Below are positions 13,223 to 29,532 of a stretch of 64,000 nucleotides of DNA, one piece after another; position 1 is the stretch's first letter; the number at the start of each line of letters is the position of its first letter. The stretch lies in assembly GCF_009914755.1 (NCBI RefSeq), contig NC_060939.1, one strand, 5' to 3'. The notes under the pieces were generated by a model. It saw only the letters and a program-made list of their open reading frames with translations. It ran no database searches and had not been told where the DNA came from. The DNA is from the human T2T-CHM13v2.0 reference genome, Homo sapiens. The translations under genes and the position numbers were made by a program.

Positions 13223-14125
13223 GAGGAGCCAAGATGGCCGAATAGGAACAGCTCCAGTCTACAGCTCCCAGCGTGAGAGACGCAGAAGACGGGTGATTTC
13301 TGCATTTCCATCTGAGGTACCGGGTTCATCTCACTAGGGAGTGCCAGACAGTGGGCGCAGGTCAGTGGGTGCATGCACTGTGCACCAGCCGAAGCAGGGC
13401 AAGGCATTGCCTCACTCAGGAAGTGCAAGGGGTCAGGGAGTTCCCTTTCCTAGTCAAAGAAAGTGGTGACAGACGGCACCTGGAAAATCGGGTCACTCCC
13501 ACCTGAATACTGCCCTTTTCCGACTGGTTTAAAAAACGGCGCACCAGGAGATTATATCCCTCACCTGGCTCGGAGGGTCCTACGCCCACGGAGTCTCGCT
13601 GATGGCTACCACAGCAGTCTGAGATCAAACTGCAAGGCGGCAGCGAGGCTGGGGGAGGTGCGCCTGCCATTGCCCAGGCTTGATTAAGTAAACAAAGCAG
13701 CCGGGAAGCTCGAACTGGGTGGAGCCCACCAGAGCTCAAGGAGGCGTGCCTGCCTCTGTAGGCTCCACCTCTGGGGGCAGGGCACAGACAAACAAAAAGA
13801 CAGCAGCAGCCTCTGCAGACTTTAATGTCCCTCTCTGACAGCTTTGAAGAGAGCAGTGGTTCTCCCAGCACACAGCTGGAGATCTGAGAACGGGCAGACT
13901 GCCTCCTCAAGTGGGTCCCTGACCCCTGATCCCTGAGCAGCCTAACTGGGAGGCACCCCCCAGCAGGGGCAGACTGACACCTCACACGGCTGGGTACTCC
14001 AACAGACCTGCAGCTGAGGGTCCTGTCTGTTAGAAGGAAAACTAACAAACAGAAAGGACATCCACACCAAAAACCCATCTGTACATCACCATCATCAAAG
14101 GCCAAAAGTAGATAAAACCACAAAG
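13223..14125 (+). promoter_or_regulatory. L1 5'UTR with sense and antisense promoters; YY1 site intact
   Basis: ccaagatggc at 13229-13238; 903-bp UTR before ORF1 ATG at 14126. Confidence 0.85.
13416..13670 (-). CDS. L1 ORF0 (antisense), open, 84 aa
   Basis: MAGAPPPASLPPCSLISDCC...GVTRFSRC matches ORF0; ATG at 13670, TGA at 13416-13418; expression unknown. Confidence 0.7.
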   Translation of the reverse strand: MAGAPPPASLPPCSLISDCCGSHQRDSVGVGPSEPGEGYNLLVRRFLNQSEKGSIQVGVTRFSRCRLSPLSLTRKGNSLTPCTS

Positions 14126-15141
14126 ATGGGGAAAAAACAGAGCAGAAAAACTGGAAACTCTAAAAAGCAGAGCACCTCTCCTCCTCCAAAGGAATGCAGT
14201 TCCTCACCAGCAACGGAACAAAGCTGGACGGAGAATAACTTTGACGAGCTGAGAGAAGAAGGCTTCAGATGATCAAATTACTCCGAGCTATGGGAGGAAA
14301 TTCAAACCAAAGGCAAAGAAGTTGAAAACTTTGAAAAAATTTAGAAGAATGTATAACTAGAATAACCAATACAGAGAAGTGCTTAAAGGAGCTGATAGAG
14401 CTGAAAACCAAGGCTCGAGAACTACGTGAAGAATGCAGAAGCCGCAGGAGCCGATGCGATCAACTGGAAGAAAGGGTATCAGCAATGGAAGATGAAATGA
14501 ATGAAATGAAGCAAGAAGGGAAGTTTAGAGAAAAAAGAATAAAAAGAAATGAGCAAAGCCTCCAAGAAATATGGGACTATGTGAAAAGACCAAATCTATG
14601 TCTGATTGGTGTACCTGAAAGTGACGGGGAGAATGGAACCAAGTTGGAAAACACTCTGCAGGATATTATCCAGGAGAACTTCCCCAATCTAGCAAGGCAG
14701 GCCAACGTTCAGATTCAGGAAATACAGAGAACGCCACAGAGATACTCCTCGAGAAGAGCAACTCCAAGACACATAATTGTCAGATTCACCAAAGTTGAAA
14801 TGAAGGAAAAAATGTTAAGGGCAGCCAGAGAGAAAGGTCAGGTTACCCTCAAAGGGAAGCCCATCAGACTAACAGCAGATCTCTCGGCAGAAACCCTACA
14901 AGCCAGAAGAGAGTGGGGGCCAATATTCAACATTCTTAAAGAAAAGAATTTTCAACCCAGAATTTCATATCCAGCCAAACTAAGCTTCATAAGTGAAGGA
15001 GAAATAAAATACTTTACAGACAATCAAATGCCGAGAGATTTTGTCACCACCAGGCCTGCCCTAAAAGAGCTCCTGAAGGAAGCGCTAAACATGGAAAGGA
15101 ACAACTGGTACCAGCCACTGCAAAATCATGCCAAAATGTAA
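14126..15141 (+). pseudogene. L1 ORF1, disrupted
   Basis: MGKKQSRK start; TGA at codon 49 (14270-14272); 1-bp deletion in the A-run near 14335; C-terminal 218 aa open. Confidence 0.95.
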
Positions 15142-15204
15142 AGACCATCGAGACTAGGAAGAAACTGCATCAACTAACGAGCAAAATAACCAGCTAACAT
15201 CATA

Positions 15205-19030
<3,826 letters not shown>

Positions 19031-19551
19031 ACAATGAGAACACGTGGACACAGGAAGGGGAACATCACACTCTGGGGACTGTTGTGGGGTGGGGGGAGGG
19101 GGGAGGAATAGCATTGGGAGATATACCTAATGCTAGATGACAAGTTAGTGGGTGCAGCGCACCAGCATGGCACATGTATACATATGTAACTAACCTGCAC
19201 ATTGTGCACATGTACCCTAAAACTTAAATAATAATAAAAAAAAAAAAGAAAAAATAGAAAAAAGCTTAGTTTGGTGTGGGAAAAGAAGCTCACAGGTTAT
19301 GGAGCAAATCATGTAAGATTCAACCCTTGATCTCAGCCTAGTGTGGAATTCAAGTAACAAGCAATACACAGTGACATAACACAATTCTTGGTTTTCATGA
19401 TTGCAAGTCATAGCCAAGTATCAAGTGAGAAATTCAGTTTCATTTGCAAGGCTTAGAGAGGCCAGGTGATTCTAGAAAAATAGGCCTTGTATATGCTTTA
19501 AACCAGTAAAGAGCTTTGAGTGCTTATTAAATTGAAAGCTTTGTGTTTTTA

Positions 19552-19860
19552 TTAATTTTTTACTTTTTTTTTTTTTTGAGATGGAGTCTCAGTCTGTCAC
19601 CCAGGCTGCAGTGCAGTGGTGTGACCTTGGCTCACTGCAACTTCGGCTTCCAGGTTCAAGTGATTCTCCTGCGTCAGTCTCCCGAGTAGCTGGGATTGCA
19701 GGTACCCATGACCACACCTGGCTAGTTTTTGTATTTTTAGTAGAGACAGGGTTTCACCATGTTGGCCAGGCTGGTCTTGAACTCCTGACCTAAGGTGATC
19801 CACCCGCCTAGGCCTCCCAAAGTGCTGGGATTACGGGAGTGAGCCACTGCACCCGGCACA
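19552..19860 (-). mobile_element. AluS
   Basis: Full dimer with 17-bp TSD aaagctttgtgttttta (19535-19551, 19861-19877). Confidence 0.92.
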
Positions 19861-20269
19861 AAAGCTTTGTGTTTTTAAAGATATTAGACATGTTTCTTAT
19901 TTAAAAAAAAAAAAAAATCTTAATAATGCAGGAAATTAAGAAAAACTTTTTCCAAAAAAAAGAATTCATTGTGATTATCTTATTGGAATGTTGGATAATA
20001 TAGTCCACTTCATTAAACATCAAGCATGCTATGGATTTTCCATTTTTATAGGAGTTGTATCTCAATTGAAGTAATACTGGTAATTCTTGTACTTCATTTG
20101 AAGATGAAAAATGTAGGCCAAAATCATAGACCTTGCGTAGAAGCTGGATAATGAAGACAGCTCTGGTGGAACACGTAGACATATGCACACTGATACACAT
20201 ATATAAAAAGTATAAGCACATATATTTTTTAAAGTTTATTTTTAAAGTTTTAAAGCTTTTAAAGCAAAA

Positions 20270-20569
20270 GCCGGCCCCTCCCCTCTCCTGGAGTGGGCGG
20301 CCCCTCCCTGCTCCTGGAGTAGGCAGGCCCCGCCCCTCTCCCCAAGTGGGCGGGACAGCAGTTGCATGGGCAGCTTTCCTTGTGATGCCACAGGTTCCTC
20401 TGGACACACTGCTGCCTGGCCACGCCTCCTTTCCCTTTCATCTTTCTCACTGACCAATGGGCTTGGAGCATTAAGGCCCCGCCCCATTCTGCATTACAGT
20501 GTGGCCCTGGTTACACCTCCTCTGGCTCAGTCACACAGCTGCCTGGTAGGTGACTGGAGGTGTTCGCTG
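20270..20569 (+). promoter_or_regulatory. Putative GOLGA6-type promoter
   Basis: Abrupt AT-to-GC shift, several GC boxes (gggcgg, ccccgccc), CCAAT at 20454-20458 upstream of exon 1. Confidence 0.55.
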
Positions 20570-20842
20570 ATGTGGCCCTAACCCTGCCTCCCTCCCAACC
20601 CCACGATGTTAGAAGAAACTCAACAGAGTAAACTGGCCACAGCCAAGAAAAAAGTAAAACTCATCAGATCATGGCCCCCCCAACCCAGCCACAGATCCCC
20701 TTTGATGGCAAGACCACTGCCAGAGTCCATACCAGCCCTTAGGCACACCGGGCTGGGTCCCCCCACACTGGCACCTCTGTGCTCCCTCCAACCAAAGTCT
20801 TGTCAGTCAGTCCCGCCCCTTCAGCAAGCAGCTCAGGCCCTG

Positions 20843-21150
20843 CCCTCACCAATCACCCCAGGGTGACTTTGGGCGAGTGACTTCTGGGGCTCCCGGCTCC
20901 ATACTCAGCCTTCACATCCTGCCACCCCAAGCCCGACCTCCCTGAGTTCTTTGGGCTCACCTCTCCAAGGACCTGGGTCCCCCAGCCCCAGGCCCCACCC
21001 TCACCAGTCATCCCTGGGTGACTTTGGGCTGGTGACTCCTCGGGCTTCCTGCTGCAGACTCTGCTCTCCCCTCCTGCTGACCCAAGCCCGACCTCCCTGG
21101 GCTCTTTGGGCTGGTGTCTCCGTGGACCTGGGTCCCAGCCCTACATCCCC
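20843..21150. repeat. Diverged 2 x 155-bp tandem duplication in GOLGA intron 1
   Basis: gggtgactttgggc at 20861 and 21016; cccaagcccgacctccctg at 20926 and 21081. Confidence 0.8.
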
Positions 21151-23766
21151 CTGCTCCATTGTGAATCGGTGACTCAGCCATCACACTGATGTTGTTCCCT
21201 CCGTCCCCTAGGAGGAGTGGAATGTAGTGATGTCACAGTCCCCCCAGGAACTGTCATTACTGCTTCAAGACCGGCCTTTGATCTTACAACCCAGTCCCCT
21301 AAGCATTCTCACCCCATTTCTGGTTCCTCTGGTCACAGCACAAATTTCCAGCTGGAAGGGGAATGGGGACTATGGGACCTAGGGGCAAGAGGTTTCAGGC
21401 TGCCTTACTCCCTTCACATAGACATTGACAGCGTGAAAAGCCTACAATTCCCCCGTGAGCTCAAAACATTGACAGTATCTCTGGGTGGCAATGGGAGAAC
21501 AGGTTTGGTTTGGTTTGGTTTGATTTTCTCCCAGGCTTCTACTCTCCAGAGAGACTTTAACATTATTTTCTCAGTTCTCCACCTCATATTCTAATTCTTC
21601 ATGGTTCTGGGACCAGACTGCCCTTCAGTCAATGGTCGCTGGAGTGAGATTTGCTCATCTTCTGTGGAATAGATCTGGGGAAATTGAACTTGACAGCTTG
21701 AATCTTCCTCTTATCATCCCAATCTGGGGTACTTTGAGTGCCACAGGATAAGTGTGGGAGATCTTTCTGAAGCATCAATTTCCCTTGATTCCCTTGAGAG
21801 AGAAAAAGCATTAATGTACTTAGGGAAGACAGTCACATAGGTTTCTAAGAGTATACCAGACTTCTCTCTGAAATGAGACTTGGGTTGTCCTCTTTCTGAT
21901 AAATTCTGAGATTTAACAAAAAAGCTGCCTTCTGCCATGAGGACACATTGATATAAAAGTTTAAGAGGTACTGGTGCACTTCTTCACACTAACAGACATG
22001 TGAGGATGTATGACTGTAACCCACACAGAGTGCAGTTCCTGTCTACTTAATGTTTACTTTTCTACCTCTGCCTCTGGTTTTGGTCCCCGGCAGCTGCTGA
22101 TTCATGGCAAAACCCCAGAGCTTGGAGTCAGAAGACTGAGTTTAAGTTCCATTATTGCCCCTGCCCTTTTTTTTAGCTATAATATCCATCCCTCTCTGTC
22201 ACTAAGTGATCGTGACAACACCTTGTAGTTGTTGGTGGCATTAAATCAGATGGTTTATAAGAGTATTTTGCAAAAACTGTAAAGGAGAATGTGGCTGTAG
22301 AGGCTGGAAGTTCTCACAAGTATTACTGCTCTTCTTTCCCACAGCTAAAAGAATATCAGCAGAGGAACAGCCCTGGTGTTCCAGCAGGAGCAAAGACAAA
22401 AAAGAAAAAAACTGGCAGTAGCCCTGAGACAACCACTTCTGGTGGCTGCCACTCACCTGGGGATGTGAGTCTTGGCTGGCCTGGCTCCTGGGGACAGGGG
22501 GCCCAAGGGGCAGTAGAGGGTAATTGTTGAGATTGCTGGGTACTGGTTAAGAATTCTGGGTTTGAATCCTGCCTCTCCATCTTCTAGAGATCTGATTTAT
22601 GGCAAGTTGCTTGAGCTCTTTGGGCCTCTCTTTTCACATCTGTAAAATAGGGGGAATATTGTTTGACTTCCATTTGTGAAGTTTAAATGAGATTCCTTAT
22701 GGTTGTTTTTATGTTAACCCCTAGTATGTGGCCTGCTGTAAACACCCAGGATACCCAGGAAATGGTCATTGCTGTTTGATTTTCCTGATGCCCAGTCTCA
22801 AGGGGAAGCTGGGCCAATGAGTACAGCCACTTGCCATCAGGCTGTCCCTATAGGAGTCACTGAAGGGGGCCCAGGGTGTGGTGAGGAGAGCCCCAGACAC
22901 CAGGAGTAAGAGAAGATCTAACTTGCCACCAGCTTGCTGGATGACCACAGAAAAATCATTTCTTCCTTTGGACCTCAGTTTCCTCCTCTGTAAGATGATA
23001 CTGGATAAGATCAGTGTCTTTCAAACTTGTTTTTTAGCTGGAGTCCCCTTAGTTCAAGTGAACCCTTACTCAGGAGTCTGTTTTTTTTAATGGAGGTGGA
23101 GGTCTGGAGCTCTACGAGATTCATCACCCATGTCCTGGGCCTGAGGAGAGGGGACCAGTGAGCATATTAAGAGCTGCATTGGTCAGGTGACTCCACTCTG
23201 TGACTGCATCGCTCAGGGGACTTTTCCATCTATTTGTTCCTGCCCCTGGCAAGGCAGCAGGTGGCCATTTGGAAGAATGGCACAGGCCATGGTTTTAATC
23301 TCCTCTGCTCTTCTTCAGCGTTTTGTTTTTCTGAACCCACATCTTCCTCCTACCCTGACTTTCTTGCTTCTCTCTAAGCCACTTCTGTCTTTCACCCCCT
23401 GCCCTTGTTTTTCCCTTGTCACCTCCTGTAGATTCAGGACATTCTGAAGGTGCTGGTGTCCAACCTTAACCACTCCAATGGGGCATTGGACAAGTGGAAG
23501 GTGAGGCAGTGCCAAGACCCCTCTCTGGCTGCTGTCTCCAGCTGTGCATGGCCCTGAGGCTTCTCTGGTTTGGGGGATACTTGGCCTCTGCCTTGTTTTA
23601 TGTTGCTGCCATTAACCTTCAGCCTGTTTCTGTCTGCTTCTTCACCTGCTTGATCAATTGGGTTTTTTCCTTCCCCGCATCTTTTATCATCTTGGAAATG
23701 TTGAGACCTTAAAGTTTAAAAGTAATTTGGGAATAACAGACAGTGCAGGCATGTGGGATTTGGGGC

Positions 23767-24076
23767 TTTTTTTTTTTTTTTTTTTTTTTTTTTGAGACAG
23801 AGTCTCACTCTGTCACCCAGACTGAAGTGCAGTGGTGTGATCTCGGCTCACTACAACCTCTGCCTCCCAGGTTCAAGTGATTCTCTTGCCTTAGCCTCCT
23901 GAGTAGCTGGGATTACAGGCACCTGCCACCATGCCCAGCTAATCTTTGTATTTTTAGAAGAGACGGGGTTTTACCACGTCGGCCAGCCTGGTGTTGAACT
24001 CCTGACCTCAAGTGATCCACCCACCTCAGCCTCCTAAAGTGCTGGGATTACAAGCATGAGCCACCATGCCCGGGCC
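23767..24076 (-). mobile_element. AluS
   Basis: Full dimer with a long T tail. Confidence 0.92.
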
Positions 24077-27000
24077 CTTGCTGTTTTTATACTTTCTCTA
24101 TATCCATAACTGTTTCCTATGTAATCTTTTTTTGAATTTCTCATTTTTATAACTCCTGCATCATCTGTTACCCTGAAGGATCTGGAGGTAAGAGGCCCTG
24201 GGCCAAGGTGCAGTGACCCTGCAGGCCAGCCCTCCAACCTCCTTTCACAGCAGGGGCTGGGTGCCCCTCTGCCAGCTGAAACAGCCCGACAGCCCACACA
24301 CACCCCAGCCCTAATGATTGTTCTCTCCACCTCTCCCCACAATCCTCCTCCAACTCCTCCTCTCTGCATGCGCCTCAGAGTCGGTACCAAGAACTGGAAG
24401 TAGCCCTGAACTCAAGCTCCGCAATAATCAATCAACTAAATGAAAACATAGAATCATTGGTAAGAGTCCAGTGGAGTCCCGTGATTCCACGCTGCCAATC
24501 CTGGCCTTCAGTTCCCCTTGGGGCCCTGAAGAAAGGAGCTGGGGGCCCCTGGTGCCAAGGACAAATGGGGAGCTGGAGCACCCAGGCCTCACCTGGAGGG
24601 ACCCCAGAGCAAGGAGCATGCAGCATGGCTCTTCTGTCACTGCCCTCTTTGCCGACTCTCTTCTCCAGACACCCCACTCCAATCCTTGCCACACATGCCC
24701 TGGGGTTGTCACCTCTCAGGGAAGCACTAGCCTGACTGGTTGTCAGGGGCCCCGTATTTCTGCCCTGACTCGGTCCCTAATTTGCTTTGAGTCTGGAAAA
24801 GCCACCTCTCCTCCTTGGGCTCATGTTTCTGGAGGAGGTAGAGCATCAAAGTTCTCTGTTAGCTCTGAAAGTCTGAGATTTAAAGGCCCCTAGAATGGAA
24901 ACCTGAGGGCCAAGGGCTCCTGTCTGTCCTTTTCCATCCTATATCTGCTGTGAAGAACCATAACTGTCCTGTATGTGCTCAGTAACTGTTTGTGGAATGA
25001 AGGCACCTTTCTAAATCACAAGCAGGCAGAAGGGTGGGCCTTTCTGAGTCTCCGTCTCTAGAGGTTTATGTTACTGTCCTTTTGAGAGAATCCAGATTCA
25101 GACTTTGAGTTCTGTGGCTGTGGGCAAAAACCAACAAAGACCCAAATCCTCTGTCTTTGGGAGCTTGAGGAGAGTTGACCAGTTCTTGCCATTGGTTCTG
25201 AGAACATTGCCTTTAAAATCCATTCCTGACCACTGCTTACCACTTCCTGGTCTGGGGAATAGAGTTGAGGGGGCCACCCTCAGTCACCTGAATTTGACTC
25301 TCCCCACAGAAACAACAGAAGAAACAAGTGGAACATCAGCTGGAAGAAGTAACGTGATTTCTTTGCTCACAACATGACTGCTGGGTTTGGGGGGCATTCA
25401 GATGTAGAGGCGCCAATCTCGTCTCACCCACTCCCAGCCTGGGGAAGAAGGCTCACCCCTCAGATTCCACCCCATCCCCACAGGGTCCCTGATAACCTGG
25501 TCCCATGGGTGGGCCTGTCCTGGGGCATTGGTGGCATTCTGGGGGCATGTCTCTTGCTATGCCATGTCTGCCTCCCTGTGGTAAGAGCCCTGTCTTCCTC
25601 TTCCTATAGGAAAAGAAAGCAAATAAGGAAATACACAAAGCACAAACGGAGCAGTTAGAGGTGAGTGGCGGGTGGGGAGTTTTCTCCTGTCCTCCGGAGA
25701 ATGTTTCTTTCCTTCTCTTTCAGCACTTGCTTGGCTTTTCTCCCAAACATTCAATTCCAGACAATCAACATCCTCACGTTGGAAAAGGCAGACTTGAAGA
25801 CCACCCTTTACCTTACTAAACGTGCTGCCCAACACTTCGAAGGTGGGAATCGGGGCATCCCGTCATCCTTCAACCTGGCACTTTGACAGGTCTTTAGGGG
25901 GAGTCTTTTGGCCCCCATCTCAACCTCTCTCATTACAGAAGAGTCCAAGGATCTGGCTGGCTGCCTGCAATACTCCTTACAGCATATTCAAGAATTGGAG
26001 CGGGCTCTCTGTGCTGTGTCTACACAGCAGCAGGAAGAGGACAGGGTGAGTCCGACCAGCTGCCCCATCCCCTGGCAGCCTGGCTTCCCAGATGGAGGAG
26101 TGAGCCTAAAGGTCCCTTCTCCAGGATGGAGTGTCCTGCCCAGAAGGCAGCATGGTCATTTCTCGCTGCTTTTGTGTATGGTTGTTAGAGGCAGCCTGGG
26201 GCTGAGTCAGCTGCTGTGGCTAATTTGGGGGGCACTGTTGGGAGTAAGCACTGGATGCAGAGCTCAGAGGCCAAGTTTCTGCCCTGCCCTTACCTGGTTG
26301 TGGCCTTGGCCAAGTCCTAGGTGGGGTATTTGGTACTTGTACTGTGAACAGAAGAGTACCTTTTGTATGTTACCATTTCTGTAGAGAGAGGAAAGGTGTG
26401 TGTGTGTACTATTATAAGATACATAAAATATGTCTGCAAGCATTCCTAAAAAACTCAGGAGAGAGTAACAGGGTGCCTGGGAGACACCTCCCTTCTGTAC
26501 CTTCTGAGTTTTGGACTATATGAATGTATCATCCTTTCAAAAAGTGAACAAAAGATTAATTTCCCCCTTCCTATCTGTGCTCCCACCCCCAGCAAGAAAA
26601 ATGGGCTTAGAGAATCAGATAGATTCGGGTGTTCAAATCCCAGCTCTGTCTAAGTGATCTTAGGCAAGCACTTAACTTCAAATACTCCATGTTTTTCATC
26701 TACACAATAGAGGTAATCCTAGTAACTGTCTCATATGGTGGTTGTGAGGATTAAATGGGATTGCTAGCATGGAACCTGGTGAAGCACTCCATAACGGTTC
26801 AAACAGTGGTAGTAATAACAGTAATAACAATAGCAATATTATCTGATCTCTCTGGGCCTCTGTTAGCCAGCTGTAAATTCGATCTCTTTCCCTGTCCCTT
26901 CCAACTTTACTGAGTTCTTTTAGTAACCAGGCCACAGGCTTGGAAATGCCTTGATCTTTACTGACTGAGTTGTATATTGAGCCTAGCCCTAGCCCTTTTA

Positions 27001-28189
27001 AGGGGCACTTCCCGGGCTCCCCAGATCGAAACTTCTCACTCTTCACCATCCAGTCCTCGAGCTGCAGTGAAGCGGTCCTCCAGCGGCGGTTACAGCAGAC
27101 CATAAAGGAGCAGGCACTGCTGAACGCACATGTGACACAGGTGAGGCTTTGCAGAGGGAGGGATGTGGAAGGAAGATGACCCCAGTTGGCCAGGAGCAGG
27201 TGAAGACCAGTGACAGCCCTTCCTAACTTCTGTGCCCATTTCTTGCAGGTGACAGAGTCACTAAAACAAGTCCAGCTAGAGCAGGACGAATATGCTAAAC
27301 ACATAAAAGGAGAGAGGGCCCGGTGGCAGGAGAGGATGTGGAAAATGTCGGTGGAGGTGAGACCTGACCCTTCAGCCCCCATCTTAGATAGGTCACTGGA
27401 TCTTTCTGGGCATCTGTAGAATGGGAATAGTACAGCCAGAGGTGGTCATGGGTCTGGGCTTTGTGGAGATGGGGGCAGAGAAGGAGATGGTAGCCTGTCC
27501 AGCCACCAGCCCCTCTCTCCAGGGCCCTTTCCCCTGTGCTTTTGGCAGGCTCGCACATTGAAGGAAGAGAAGAAGTGTGACATACATTGGATACAGGAGC
27601 TGGAGAGAAGCTTCTCTGAACTGCAAAACCAGATGGGTAAGATGGGGCTGGTGTGACCTGGGAGCAGGACTGGCATCAGAGGTCTGTGGGGGTGGCTTAG
27701 AATGCCCCAGGGAGGTGGGTAGATGGAAGGGCTTTGAGGCAGAGGGAAAGAGGTCTGTGCCAGCAGATGGCAAGTTTTGTCATCTCCATAGCCTCAGGGT
27801 CCCCATAAGCAAAGAGGGAGGAGTGCTCGTTGTCAGCCACCCACAGTGCTCTCTATGTGAAAGTGGCTAGGAAACTGGCTACCATCGGGTGCGAGGAATC
27901 ATTAGCAGTGAGGCCATGGCCATGGGAAGCCTGAGAGGAGCTGTGCATCAAGAGGAGGGTTTTTTTTTGTGCGGGGGGTGGGTAGCGGGGGAAATCCAGA
28001 GGCTCTTATTGCCTGCTTCATTTCTCAGCTGAGCCCCAGTCCCCGGCACCCCCAGCAGGGACCTCTGAGTTGGAGCAGCTACAAGATGAGGCCAAACAGC
28101 TGAGGAAGGAAGTGGAGGGACTGGAGGGAAAGCTCCAATCCCAGGTGGAAAACAACCAGGCCTTGAGTCTCCTGAGCAAGGAACAAAAT

Positions 28190-28485
28190 GAGAGGCTCTG
28201 AGAGCAGGAGGAGCGGAGGGTGCAGGAGCAGGAGAGACTGTGTGAGCAAAATGGGAGGGTGCAGGAGCAGGAGAGACTGTGTGAGCAAAATGGGAGGATT
28301 CAGGAGCAGCAGAAGAGGCTGGGGGAGGAGGGTGAGAGGCTGCAAAAGCAGGAGCAGAGGCTATGGAAGCAGGAGGAAAGGCTGCAAAAGGAGGAGGAGC
28401 AGCACGAAAGCAGGAGGAGAGGCTGTGGGACCAGGAGAAGAGGCTGTGGGAGAAGGAGAGGCTACGAAAGCAGGAGGAGAGGCTC
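28190..28485 (+). repeat. Coding heptad (about 21-bp) repeat of the golgin coiled coil
   Basis: Repeats of (aag/gag)caggaggagaggctg encoding QEERL; includes a 39-bp near-perfect duplication (gagcaggagagactgtgtgagcaaaatgggagg x2). Confidence 0.85.
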
Positions 28486-29171
28486 ACACTCTCCCAGAAC
28501 CACAAGCTCGACAAGCAGCTGGCCGAGCCACAGTGCAGCTTCGAGGATCTGGTGGGTTGCCCCACCTGGGGAGCCTGCCCTCATCCCTATCCCTCCAGGC
28601 CTTTGTTTCCCCACCTGTAAAACGGGGCAGTGCAGCCCTCACATGAAATGGTACTTCTAAAGGCACCTGTGAGCCAGAGCTCATCAGGCCCTCCTCTGAT
28701 GGCTGTGGGGGAGAGGGGATGATTTTTCTAACCTGCCTCCACCTTTCCAGTGACATGGGAGGCAGACACCAAGTTCAGGGGTCTCCCGCTGCAGTGGATG
28801 GCCACTGATTGTTTCTGTCCAGAACAACGAGAACAAGAGCACACTGCAGTTGGAGAAGCAAGTAAAGGAGCTGAAGGAGAAGCCAGGCGAGGTGAAGGAT
28901 ATGGTAACCTCCACCCCATCCAAGAAGGGCTGGGAGGCGGGCACCAGCCTCTGGGGAAGGGAGGTGCCAGGCCAAAGGCAGCTCCAGCTGGGGGGCAGGT
29001 GACCCCAGCACCCTCCAGGGCAGCCCTATGAATGTTTCTTGCTTCCTGCCCTCTGACTTTTAGAGGTGGGTAGCCCTGGGTTCCTCCCAGGTCTGGACAT
29101 CATCCCCCCAGCTAGAGGCATGGATTCCCCCAATCGGGGGAAGAGACAGTGGTACAAGAGGCTCCTTATGC

Positions 29172-29532
<361 letters not shown>

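Noticed and set aside
13671-14123. 235-aa antisense protein spanning the L1 5'UTR
   Set aside because: Non-ATG start, and it mostly lies upstream of the known antisense promoter start region; only the ORF0 part is credible
20225-20265. (ttttaaag)n quasi-palindromic run before the GOLGA promoter
   Set aside because: Low-complexity AT sequence with no evidence of function
27948-28565. 205-aa minus-strand repetitive ORF
   Set aside because: Antisense of the golgin heptad repeat
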